This document shows positions 40,004 through 49,254 of a stretch of 64,000 nt of DNA, piece by piece. Source of the DNA: Cohaesibacter sp. (GTDB lineage: Bacteria; Pseudomonadota; Alphaproteobacteria; Rhizobiales; Cohaesibacteraceae); assembly GCA_025800105.1 (NCBI GenBank), contig JAOXSG010000593.1, forward strand, positions 1,489 to 65,488, written 5' to 3'. Position 1 is the stretch's first letter, and every line of letters begins with the position of its first letter. The notes under the pieces are model-generated. The model saw nothing but the letters and a program-made list of their open reading frames with translations, was not told the origin of the DNA and ran no database searches. A program made the translations under genes and the position numbers.

Positions 40004-43000
40004 TTATCTTATGCCAATCTGCGCAAGGGCAGCTTGCCGCACGTCTGACTCAATCTCCATTAAAGAGGGACCACAACTCCATAAAAGAAGCGTGCGAATG
40101 CGGTGTTTGGGATATAAGGGGGCTAAAAGACGCCCATAAAGGGCCATTTGGCTTATATAATCAAAGGGAACGCCCTCGGTGCTGGTAGGCACCTGACGGT
40201 TGGTTTTGTAATCTATCACAATCACGTCATTGGGGGTTATCACCAATCTATCCACCTGCCCGGAAACATCCCGTGGCCCATCTTTGGTCTCCACCCAACC
40301 AGCCAGCGAGACTTCGGCCTGACTGTGTGGCCCAAAAAGCGCAGCAAAAGACGAATCGTTCAGCAGCAAAAGTGCTTCATCCAACAAAGCGGCGCGGCTA
40401 TCAGCGCTCATATCCTTGGCAATGCGCGCCAGAAAGGCTTGCCCACGCGCCTGCCATTGATCGCGGGGCAAAGTGGGAAGATGCTCAAACAGACTATGCA
40501 ACAAAGAGCCGCGCCGCCGTGGCTCCCAGTCATGAAGAGCAGGGGCGGCAGATTGAGGGCTGCTCGAGCCTGCATAAGGCTGGGCAAAAGCGACAGACTT
40601 TGCTTCGATCAAATCCGCCGCCTTGGAGGGCTGCAACAAAGCATTGGCCGCAGGCTCACTCTCTAATGGCGCACGGAACCAGTCCGGCAAACTGGCAGGA
40701 CTGCTGACAGGGGCAAGGGTCAAACGTTCATCCAAAGGCCGCGGCGTAAAATCCTGCTGCAATTGCCAGCGTAAAATCTCATCCCCTGTGACAGGATGAT
40801 CTGCTTTTTGCGCATTGGACCGCAATTGATTGGCAACCACATTATACCAGCAATTGTCCGCCGGTCCTCTGGCTCCGGTAAAGCCGCACAAATAAAGCCG
40901 ATCTTCTGCTCGCGTCATGCCTACATATAACAGACGCAAATATTCCTCTTCGGTCTCCCGGTCCAGATCGGACAAACTGGCCTGAATTTTAGCAGGCTGA
41001 TCCACTTTGGCCGTTTTCAAAGCCATCAAATCGACCGGACTATCCTCTTGGGAAAGCGACACAAGATGTGGGTGATGACGTGGATTTGAGGGCTTGCCCG
41101 TGCTGTCCACCATAAAGACAATGGGCGCTTCCAGCCCCTTGGAGCCATGAACAGTCATAACGCGAATTTGATTGTCCGCTGCGCCCATATCGCGCTTGAT
41201 CTCGGCTCCGCCTTGGCGCATCGCCGCCAAAAAGGCCTGTAAATTGGGAATTTGCTTTTTCTCGAAATCCAGCGCCCGCGACAGCAATTCATCAATCACT
41301 TCATCCGCTTCTGGGCCTAACCGTTCGATAAAGGCCTGACGCTTGCCGCCCGGTCCCAAAATCTGGGCGTAAAAATCAAAGGGCGGCTGAAAATCAATCT
41401 GAGCACGCCAAGCACTAAGCGTGGCAAAAATCCGGCCAAACTGGCTGGACGCATCAGCCTGATGATGGGCACCCAAAATCTCCCACAGGCTCTTGTCGCG
41501 TGTCCCACCCGGCTCTGGCGGCTTGGCCAGCTCGAACAAATCCTCTTCGCAAAGGTTAAAAAGCGGACTTTTCAAAATACAGGCAAGACTGAGATCATCT
41601 TCGGGCAGCAACATCACGTCCCCCAAGGACAACAGATCCATCACCGCAATATGATCAAGCAAAGCCAGACGATCGGCACCCGCCACCGGCAAACCTGCCT
41701 CTTTCAAAGCCCGGTTCACCGCATGCACAAATGCCCCGCGTTTACGCACCAGAACAAGAATATCGCCCGCCGTGATCCGTTTGCCAGATCCTGCCAGATA
41801 ATCACCATTTGATAACCAGTGTTTGATGGTGTCGGCAATCATCCGTGCCAAGGTAACGCCGGGATCACGATCGCCTTGCGCATCCAAAGGCGCAGCCCAA
41901 TCTTCATCCACCTCTTGCTCAACGGGCTGCAACAAGGGCCAAAGCTCAACTAGACCGGGATCCTTGCGACGGATGGCTTCATGCACAGTGGGTTCATGGT
42001 CAGCCGATAAGGCCCCATATTGGGCCTCATTGGCGAACACCTCATCAACAGCCTTTAGAATATGGGGGGTGGAGCGAAAGGATAGCTGCAAGTCAATTTT
42101 GTGAAAGGGCTTGCCCTGCATCCCGGCCCGGCGTGCAAAAAGATCGCGCATCTGTGCAAACCATTTCGGCTCGGCACCCTGAAAGCTATAAATGGACTGT
42201 TTTTCATCGCCAACGGCGAAAATAGTGCGCTCAACACCGCGCGCACTTTCGCTGACAAAAAATTCCTCTCCCAATTGCTGGATAATTTCCCATTGGCGTG
42301 GATTGGTGTCTTGCGCTTCATCAACCAGAATATGATCAATGCCCTGATCAAGCTTGTAATGCACCCAAGCCGCCGCCTGACTGGGGGCCAGCAAATTGGC
42401 AGCCTTGATGATCAAATCATCAAAATCCATCAAGCCACGGGCCGCTTTTGCCCGTTCATAATGCGAGATCACACCATCAGCCAAAATGAACAAGGCCCGG
42501 CTTCCTGCCAACGTCACCAGAGCCTTGCGCCGCTCTTCCAAAGCATCCAGCCTTGCTTGCTCGCGATCCAGACATCCGACAAGGGCAGCATCCCCCTCGC
42601 GCACTTTTTTGGACGCCATATAGCTGTCGCTCTTGGCAAGGCCATCTTTCTTGCGCAAAAACGCCCACCAATGCCGGGCTTTCTCGTCTGCATCCTGCGC
42701 GGCTAAAAAGAGCCGCAGCAAAATTGCCTGATCCTTATCGCGCTTGCCCCCTGTCTCAAACAAATCAGCAAGAGAGCGGATATATTCGGGCGGGAAATGC
42801 GGACTTGCGGCCAAATCATGGCCTATCGTCTCAAAATTATCCTGCTCATCCACCCCAAGATAGGCCGCCAAAGCTTGAAGCGCGGCACTGACACCAAGGC
42901 TGTCTCGCTCATCAAGAGAGCCATCAAGCGAAGAGGTCTTACTCGTGGCTTCTCCCATTTCCATAAAGCGGCCAAAGCCTTCGCGATTGCGCACCAAACT

Positions 43001-43594
43001 GGCCAAGGCATTGCGGATATCCATATCGCCCATAGAGCCAACCAGATGCGCCAAAGCCTCGGACCAAAGCGGTTGCTCCTTGCGCAAGGCGCAGGACAAC
43101 ACATGAGCTATGGCATTATTCAGCAAATCTGCTGCCAATTGGTCATCCAGAATTTCAAAATGCGCCGGGACATTGGCTTCCAGCGGAAATTGATGCAACA
43201 AGCGTTCTGCAAAAGCGTGAATGGTCTGGATTTTCAGCCCGCCCGGCGTCTCCAATGCCCGCGCAAAAAGCCGTCTTGCCAATGCCAGCTCTTCTGCCTT
43301 GGGTGTGCGGCCCTCCAGCTCCTGCAAAGCCGCGCCAAGTGCGTCATCATCAAGACCAATCCAATCGGAGAGACGGGCAAAAACCCGGTTGGACATTTCC
43401 GCCGCCGCAGCTTTGGTAAAGGTCAGACACAGGATACGCGAAGGATCGGTCCCGGCCAGCAAAAGCCGGATCACCCGTTGCGACAGCACAAAGGTTTTGC
43501 CAGAGCCTGCATTGGCGCTCACCCATGCCGAGCGCTGGGGGTGAGAGGCCAGCGCCTGATCTTCTTTGGTCTTTTGGGGGATCTCAAACGCCAT
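40004..43594 (-). CDS. addA: Double-strand break repair helicase/nuclease AddA
   Basis: ANAGSGKT, LVDEAQDT, MTVHGSKGLE, YVGMTRA, C-terminal DRL...IDYKT. Confidence 0.96.
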   Translation of the reverse strand: MAFEIPQKTKEDQALASHPQRSAWVSANAGSGKTFVLSQRVIRLLLAGTDPSRILCLTFTKAAAAEMSNRVFARLSDWIGLDDDALGAALQELEGRTPKAEELALARRLFARALETPGGLKIQTIHAFAERLLHQFPLEANVPAHFEILDDQLAADLLNNAIAHVLSCALRKEQPLWSEALAHLVGSMGDMDIRNALASLVRNREGFGRFMEMGEATSKTSSLDGSLDERDSLGVSAALQALAAYLGVDEQDNFETIGHDLAASPHFPPEYIRSLADLFETGGKRDKDQAILLRLFLAAQDADEKARHWWAFLRKKDGLAKSDSYMASKKVREGDAALVGCLDREQARLDALEERRKALVTLAGSRALFILADGVISHYERAKAARGLMDFDDLIIKAANLLAPSQAAAWVHYKLDQGIDHILVDEAQDTNPRQWEIIQQLGEEFFVSESARGVERTIFAVGDEKQSIYSFQGAEPKWFAQMRDLFARRAGMQGKPFHKIDLQLSFRSTPHILKAVDEVFANEAQYGALSADHEPTVHEAIRRKDPGLVELWPLLQPVEQEVDEDWAAPLDAQGDRDPGVTLARMIADTIKHWLSNGDYLAGSGKRITAGDILVLVRKRGAFVHAVNRALKEAGLPVAGADRLALLDHIAVMDLLSLGDVMLLPEDDLSLACILKSPLFNLCEEDLFELAKPPEPGGTRDKSLWEILGAHHQADASSQFGRIFATLSAWRAQIDFQPPFDFYAQILGPGGKRQAFIERLGPEADEVIDELLSRALDFEKKQIPNLQAFLAAMRQGGAEIKRDMGAADNQIRVMTVHGSKGLEAPIVFMVDSTGKPSNPRHHPHLVSLSQEDSPVDLMALKTAKVDQPAKIQASLSDLDRETEEEYLRLLYVGMTRAEDRLYLCGFTGARGPADNCWYNVVANQLRSNAQKADHPVTGDEILRWQLQQDFTPRPLDERLTLAPVSSPASLPDWFRAPLESEPAANALLQPSKAADLIEAKSVAFAQPYAGSSSPQSAAPALHDWEPRRRGSLLHSLFEHLPTLPRDQWQARGQAFLARIAKDMSADSRAALLDEALLLLNDSSFAALFGPHSQAEVSLAGWVETKDGPRDVSGQVDRLVITPNDVIVIDYKTNRQVPTSTEGVPFDYISQMALYGRLLAPLYPKHRIRTLLLWSCGPSLMEIESDVRQAALAQIGIR

Positions 43595-43596
43595 AG

Positions 43597-46500
43597 TCAG
43601 TCCTCCCCATCGCTTTGCTGCGACCATTCTTTGACCCGGGCCAGATGATCAAAAGGGCTTTCAAACCGCTCAAACATCGGTTTGGCGCGAGACATATAGC
43701 CCTTGGCAGGGTCATCATAGGCAACAATCAGCGCCAAAAGCCGTTTGCCAATCAGCTCCACAATATCGTCCGCAGCATAGTCTTTTTCAATGCCGGTCTT
43801 GATCTCGCCAGCTTTGCGCCCGCCCGAAAGTCTGATCCATGCCATGTCAGAGACTTCAATAGCCGGGGGAATATCCTTAAAGCCCCCCAATTTTGCCATA
43901 TAGCCTTCCAGCGCCAATTGCGGCGCAAAACCGGGCAGAACCTGTTTGGCTGACGGCGGCTGTCCAGTCTTGAAGTCAAGAACCGACAAGCTGCCATCTT
44001 TCATAATATCCAACCGGTCAGCCCGGCCCCGCAAATGAAAGGCACCAGATGCCATTGGCAAATCGGTTCCGCCAGAAATCTCTGCAAAGCGGCTGGCCAC
44101 CTCATCTTCTCGGCCTGTCTCCCAGTCAAACACAAACCAATGGGCAATGCGCTCAAATCTGGGCCACCAAATGGCCAAAAGATCGGGGAAATTCTCAAAT
44201 TTTTGAAAAGCTTCACGCCCCAAGGCAATCAGATGCTCATAAGCCTTCTGATTGAAAGGCCCATCCCAGCTTTGGGTAAAGTCGCCCAACACATCATGAA
44301 TGATAGAGCCTTTTTCCGCCCCGCCCGGCGGACTGCCAATGGCATCAAGGGCGCGCAAGCCCAAAACATGCTTGGCATAAAGCGCATAAGGATCGCGAAT
44401 CCATGTTTCAATTTCTGTCACCGACAAACGGCGCGGACGATAATCAGGCAACGGTTTTGGATTGGGACGGGGAATAAGCTTATTGTTTTTTGGGGCATCC
44501 AAGGCCCGCGCCCAACGGATATATGTCTCGCCGCGTGCGGTCATGGCCTGACTGGCTGCAAGCCCGGCCACCGCTTCCAGACGCAAAACCCAGCGGCTGG
44601 GAACAGTCGGAGAGCCTCCGGTTTTTTCCGAGCGCACCAGCACCACCTCGCGCCGTCCCATGGATTGGGCAAAGTCATGGGCAGCAAGACCGGTCCGCCT
44701 TTCTGGCGGTTCCAGCTTCATACCCGCCCGCATGGGCCGCGACAACCACGCATCTGATTTGGTTTGCGCAGGCCATGAGCCTTCATTCAAGCCACCAATC
44801 ACCACTCGGTCCACATCCATCAAACGGGCTTCCAGCGTGCCAAGCAATTGCAAACGAGGATGGCCGCTGCCATGATCCAGCACGGTTTCGCCAGACATCA
44901 TGGCCACCAAAAAAGGTTCCAGATCGCGCGGGCCTAACAAGACATCATCACTGGCCGGGCTTTGAACCCGCTCAAAGAAGCTGCGCATGGCGCGCCCCGC
45001 CGCTTCATCATAAAAGCGCTGCGGATCAGCCTCTTCATTGCTGGCAACCGCTTCAACACTTTTGATCACGGCCTCAATCCAGCGCGAAAGGGCCACAGGC
45101 TCTGTTGCATTCACAACCAAAGCCTCAAAAGCGCCAAGGCTGATATCAAGGCGCTGCAACAAGGCCCGCGCCAAATCCCAATTTTGCGGCAGTGGATGCT
45201 CGCCATCTTTCTCACTGCGTTCGCTACGTTTTCGTTCAAATTCTGCGATCAGGGTGCGAAGCCCACCCCCAAGCTGAGGACCGCGCAGCAATTCCACCTC
45301 AATAAAACGTGCCGCACGGCGAGCCTCGACCCGTGGCATCCCAAAAGAGGCCAAAGGATGCTTGATCAGAGCAAGCAAGGCCACAGGCTCAAAATGGCTA
45401 AGAACACAGTCCAGCATCAAACGCATCAAAAGCGCGGGGGGGGTCTCGCCCAAAGGCATACCGGCACTGTCTTCGACGTCAATTTGCCAGCGCTTCAACT
45501 CCACCATCACCCGCCGGGCCAGCGCACGATCTGGCGTGACAAGAGCAGCCTTTTTGCCCGGATCTGCCAGCGTTTCGCGTAAAGCCAGCGCACAAATGCG
45601 TGCTTCTTCCTGCTCATTGGCAGCTTTCGCCATTGCAACATCAGCCAAGGCAATCTGGCGTTTTTCTTCTGGAAAATCAGCCAGAGCGGTCTTCCATAAA
45701 TCCGTACTTTCTGCCGGGCGCAAGGCTTCGCTAACCAAACGTTCTCGCAACGTCAGGGCAGGGGTGACAGAGCCGAGTTTTGTGACCTCAGAGCGATGGA
45801 TTTGCAAGCGATCAAGCAATTGCTTGAGGTTGAATTGCGGATGCCCAGCCACCCCTTCGCCTTCGCCCTCTTTTGGATGCAGGCAACCAAGCCCGGACCA
45901 ACTTGCTTCATCCAGATCATAATCCAGCCCCGGTAAAATCAGCGCTCCTTTTGGATGATGGGCAACGGCCATCAGCAAATTCGATGTTGCAGGAATCGAG
46001 CCGGTGGAACCCGCTGCAATCACTGGACCTGTATGCGCCTTCAGGGCGGCAATCTCTGAAGAGAGAACCGCATTGCGGCGCTCAACTGGGTCCACCAAAT
46101 CGCGCTCGGCCAGAATAGAGGGCCAGAATTGCGTGGCAATTTTCAAAAATTCCAGGCTCATCTGCCAGTAAGCCCCATAATCACCGGGCACCAGCTGATG
46201 AAGCAGCGACCAGTCGCTTTCCTCGCGATGCACAGCATCAATCAGGGCAAGCAAATCAATGGCCAGATAGGCGGCATCGCTGGGTGTGCTGGAGACCTGA
46301 AGACGTTGATCAGCATCCAGTTGCAAAATCTCTCTTGCCTGCTTTTGCGCCCAAAAATGCACCAATTGCGTCATGATCAGCCGCCGCTCCAAAGGGTCCA
46401 TCGCGGTTGGCAACGACCAAAAGCCGTCATCCCCGCCAAGGCTGACTTTTAGGGGCAGCAAATCCTCGTCTATATCGCCAATGACATGAATGCGCGGCAA

Positions 46501-46770
46501 AATCAGGCTGGGCCAGCCCCGCTGGCGCAAATGCGAGAGAAAAGCCTCTTTCAGGCCATTGGCTGTGCGCCGTGTTGGCACATAAATGGTGACAGTGGCA
46601 AGAGAAGCGGGGTCTGAGGCATCAAAACCGGCAATCAAATCCCCGTGAATCAAGGCATCAATCATCGAGGTGAGAAAGCTGGACCCCGGACTGATGGAAA
46701 AGACATTGGGGTTTCGTGTGGGCTTTGCCGCAGAAAAAAGATCCAGATTTACATCCACATCATCCATCAA
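43597..46770 (-). CDS. addB: Double-strand break repair protein AddB
   Basis: AALVTPDR.LARRV, LSVTEIE.W.RDPY, RADR...DFKTG, QLALE. Confidence 0.95.
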   Translation of the reverse strand: MMDDVDVNLDLFSAAKPTRNPNVFSISPGSSFLTSMIDALIHGDLIAGFDASDPASLATVTIYVPTRRTANGLKEAFLSHLRQRGWPSLILPRIHVIGDIDEDLLPLKVSLGGDDGFWSLPTAMDPLERRLIMTQLVHFWAQKQAREILQLDADQRLQVSSTPSDAAYLAIDLLALIDAVHREESDWSLLHQLVPGDYGAYWQMSLEFLKIATQFWPSILAERDLVDPVERRNAVLSSEIAALKAHTGPVIAAGSTGSIPATSNLLMAVAHHPKGALILPGLDYDLDEASWSGLGCLHPKEGEGEGVAGHPQFNLKQLLDRLQIHRSEVTKLGSVTPALTLRERLVSEALRPAESTDLWKTALADFPEEKRQIALADVAMAKAANEQEEARICALALRETLADPGKKAALVTPDRALARRVMVELKRWQIDVEDSAGMPLGETPPALLMRLMLDCVLSHFEPVALLALIKHPLASFGMPRVEARRAARFIEVELLRGPQLGGGLRTLIAEFERKRSERSEKDGEHPLPQNWDLARALLQRLDISLGAFEALVVNATEPVALSRWIEAVIKSVEAVASNEEADPQRFYDEAAGRAMRSFFERVQSPASDDVLLGPRDLEPFLVAMMSGETVLDHGSGHPRLQLLGTLEARLMDVDRVVIGGLNEGSWPAQTKSDAWLSRPMRAGMKLEPPERRTGLAAHDFAQSMGRREVVLVRSEKTGGSPTVPSRWVLRLEAVAGLAASQAMTARGETYIRWARALDAPKNNKLIPRPNPKPLPDYRPRRLSVTEIETWIRDPYALYAKHVLGLRALDAIGSPPGGAEKGSIIHDVLGDFTQSWDGPFNQKAYEHLIALGREAFQKFENFPDLLAIWWPRFERIAHWFVFDWETGREDEVASRFAEISGGTDLPMASGAFHLRGRADRLDIMKDGSLSVLDFKTGQPPSAKQVLPGFAPQLALEGYMAKLGGFKDIPPAIEVSDMAWIRLSGGRKAGEIKTGIEKDYAADDIVELIGKRLLALIVAYDDPAKGYMSRAKPMFERFESPFDHLARVKEWSQQSDGED

Positions 46771-46797
46771 ACCATGCCTTCATGCCTATGATCGTTG

Positions 46798-47559
46798 TTA
46801 GATCAGCCCCATCAGAGTGCTGTTTTGAATGGCACGTTCGGCCTGACGGATGGCCTTTGGCTCACCCACATGCAGCCAAATCCCATCCATGGAGAGGCCA
46901 AACAAGCGCTTGTTGGCAATGGCCTGATCAAATTGCAGATTGAGCGAATGCGCCCCGTCAGGCGCGCCGTCAAACAGGCGTGGATGCAAGATGGCCGCTC
47001 CGCTATAAACAAAGGGAGAGACAAAGCGGGCCTCGCGACGAGACAGTCGTCCCTCTTTATCCATCATGAAATCCCCTTTGCCACGATAGCCAATGGCAGA
47101 CACAGTGGGCGAGAGCAAAAGCAAACCATCCATCTGATCCTCATCCCAATGCTGGGCCAGCAAAGACAGATTATTGGCAACGCCTTCCATCCAGAAACTG
47201 TCGGAATTCAGCAAATAAAAGGGATCTGCGCCAAGCTCTGGCAAGGCCTTTTTGATGCCGCCACCGGTTTCCAGCAAAGCCTCGCGCTCATCTGAAATGA
47301 CCAAATCGCAAGCAGCGGAGCGTTTGGCATGCACTTCCACCAGATCGGCAAGATAATGAACATTGACAATCGTGCGGGTCACGCCAGCCTTGTGGAGGGT
47401 GTTCAAGGCATGATCAATCAGAGCCTTGCCTGCAACGGGAATAAGCGGCTTTGGTGTAATGGCAGAAAGCGGGCGCATACGGGTTCCGCGCCCAGCGGCC
47501 AAAATCATACCTTTTGTGGGGCCAGCCAAGGCGGGCTGCATCTCATTCGTCATCGTCAT
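46798..47559 (-). CDS. Nucleotidyltransferase (MurU-like)
   Basis: MILAAGRGTRMRPL...PKPL, LLETGGG; between tsaE-amgK and addB. Confidence 0.9.
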   Translation of the reverse strand: MTMTNEMQPALAGPTKGMILAAGRGTRMRPLSAITPKPLIPVAGKALIDHALNTLHKAGVTRTIVNVHYLADLVEVHAKRSAACDLVISDEREALLETGGGIKKALPELGADPFYLLNSDSFWMEGVANNLSLLAQHWDEDQMDGLLLLSPTVSAIGYRGKGDFMMDKEGRLSRREARFVSPFVYSGAAILHPRLFDGAPDGAHSLNLQFDQAIANKRLFGLSMDGIWLHVGEPKAIRQAERAIQNSTLMGLI

Positions 47560-47600
47560 GTCCGTCTTTCATTCCCGGTTTGCCAGCCAGTCTCGATCGC

Positions 47601-49208
47601 TTAAAGCCTCTGTGGCAGATCCAGCAATTCATTCTCATTATAAAAGGCGCATAAATCGCTCAGCGCAGGATGAGCAAGGCATCGGGCCAAATACTCAATC
47701 CCGCGCGGAATATGCGCCAAATAAGAGCGATTGTTCAGGCTCATACTGACCCGGGCAAAGGCTCCCAAATTCTTGGATGTTCGCTGCAAGCCACATAAGG
47801 CATAATGATGCTCAAATGCTGCTTGGGCTGTGCAATCAAAAGATCTATGCTGCATATAGGCAGCTTTTAAATGATTTTCCAGATCAACGGATATGGTAAC
47901 CCGCGCATCCATGCAAATAGAAGCAATATCATAAGCACTTGGCCCTAAGAGGCAATCCTGAAAATCAATGAAGCCGATTTTGTGCGCGCCGCTCACAGCT
48001 TCCAGCCAAAAACAATTGGGGTCTTGCACATCACGCAAGACAAGGCTTTGCTCCGCCTCAAGCAAGACATCCAAAGCCGGACGCCAGAGTGTCTGAAATT
48101 GGCTGCGTGCAGCAGAAGGGCAAGCCTTACCTTTTAAAAATGGCCAATACCAATCCAAAAAGATCGACAATTCCACCTCAAAAGCATCTCGATCATAAAG
48201 CGAGAGGCGAAAAGCCCCCCCCGGTCCCTGCAAATCGCGTTGATCCTTCTGCCAGCCTGTTTCATGAAAGTCAGCCAAAGCGTCAAGGGTTGCTGCATAG
48301 CGCTGCGCAATGGCGACAGGGGGCTGCTCATCATGCTTTTGACTGAGCCCTTCACGGCCAAAATCTTGCCAAAGAGCGAGACCGGTATCAAGATCATGGC
48401 CATAACATGCGGGCACCAATAGACCGGCCTCTTTCAAGGCAGAGGCAATGGTCAGCATCGGTGCCAAACTGGTAACCCGATGCGCAACCAAATCATAAAG
48501 CCGCCCATCATCGAGTTTTGGACCGGGCTCGCGAGAGGGCATATCCATCAAAATGGCACTCTGCCCATTCATCTCAGCACGCTGATAACTGCGTGGGGAT
48601 AAGTCCCCTTCAATAGCGTGCAAATCGGCCTCACCCCAATCGGCCTCAATCAGCAACGTTCGTTTGCGACAGACGCGCTCCAGACGCTCTTGCCAAATGT
48701 GCGCCCCTTGCAAAACCAGACGACGGGCTTCGCTGCCGCTTGAAGGGCTATCCTCAAAATGCAGCCATAATGTCTGCTCTGGCAGGATCTCTTCTGCACG
48801 ATCTGGCCATTCAACCAGCGCACAGCCATGCTCCCAGCTTTCCTCAAAGCCGATTTCATACAAATCTTCAAAATCGCCAATGCGGTATAAGTCAAAATGG
48901 CTCAGTTCCAAACCATCCAGATCATAGGTTTGCACCAATGTGAAAGTGGGGCTGGGAACTTCTAATGCTTCATCGCGCGCCACAGCACGCAACAGCGCAC
49001 GGGCAAAGGTGCTTTTGCCCATGCCCACATCCCCATCCAGCGCCAGAACATCGCCCGGACGCAACAAAGGTGCCAGATCCCGCGCCAAAGCATGACTGGC
49101 CGCTTCGCTCAAAACATCAAAGCAAAAGCGCCATTCACCGGGCAAATCAGGATTGGAAGGGCAAGAAGAAGATGACGGCATAGACAGGCACCGAACAGGA
49201 AAACACAA
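47601..49208 (-). CDS. tsaE: TsaE ATPase fused to an AmgK/APH-like phosphotransferase
   Basis: GDVGMGKSTFAR, VPSPTFTL, HFDLYR, VEWP; C-terminal LRD...IDFQD...GP.AYD; start uncertain. Confidence 0.9.
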   Translation of the reverse strand: MCFPVRCLSMPSSSSCPSNPDLPGEWRFCFDVLSEAASHALARDLAPLLRPGDVLALDGDVGMGKSTFARALLRAVARDEALEVPSPTFTLVQTYDLDGLELSHFDLYRIGDFEDLYEIGFEESWEHGCALVEWPDRAEEILPEQTLWLHFEDSPSSGSEARRLVLQGAHIWQERLERVCRKRTLLIEADWGEADLHAIEGDLSPRSYQRAEMNGQSAILMDMPSREPGPKLDDGRLYDLVAHRVTSLAPMLTIASALKEAGLLVPACYGHDLDTGLALWQDFGREGLSQKHDEQPPVAIAQRYAATLDALADFHETGWQKDQRDLQGPGGAFRLSLYDRDAFEVELSIFLDWYWPFLKGKACPSAARSQFQTLWRPALDVLLEAEQSLVLRDVQDPNCFWLEAVSGAHKIGFIDFQDCLLGPSAYDIASICMDARVTISVDLENHLKAAYMQHRSFDCTAQAAFEHHYALCGLQRTSKNLGAFARVSMSLNNRSYLAHIPRGIEYLARCLAHPALSDLCAFYNENELLDLPQRL

Positions 49209-49254
49209 TCACGATTGTGCCCCAAATTAGGGCAAGATCATGATGGTGTCATGG

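Noticed and set aside
47601-49208. TsaE-phosphotransferase fusion as a novelty
   Set aside because: Common arrangement in Rhizobiales
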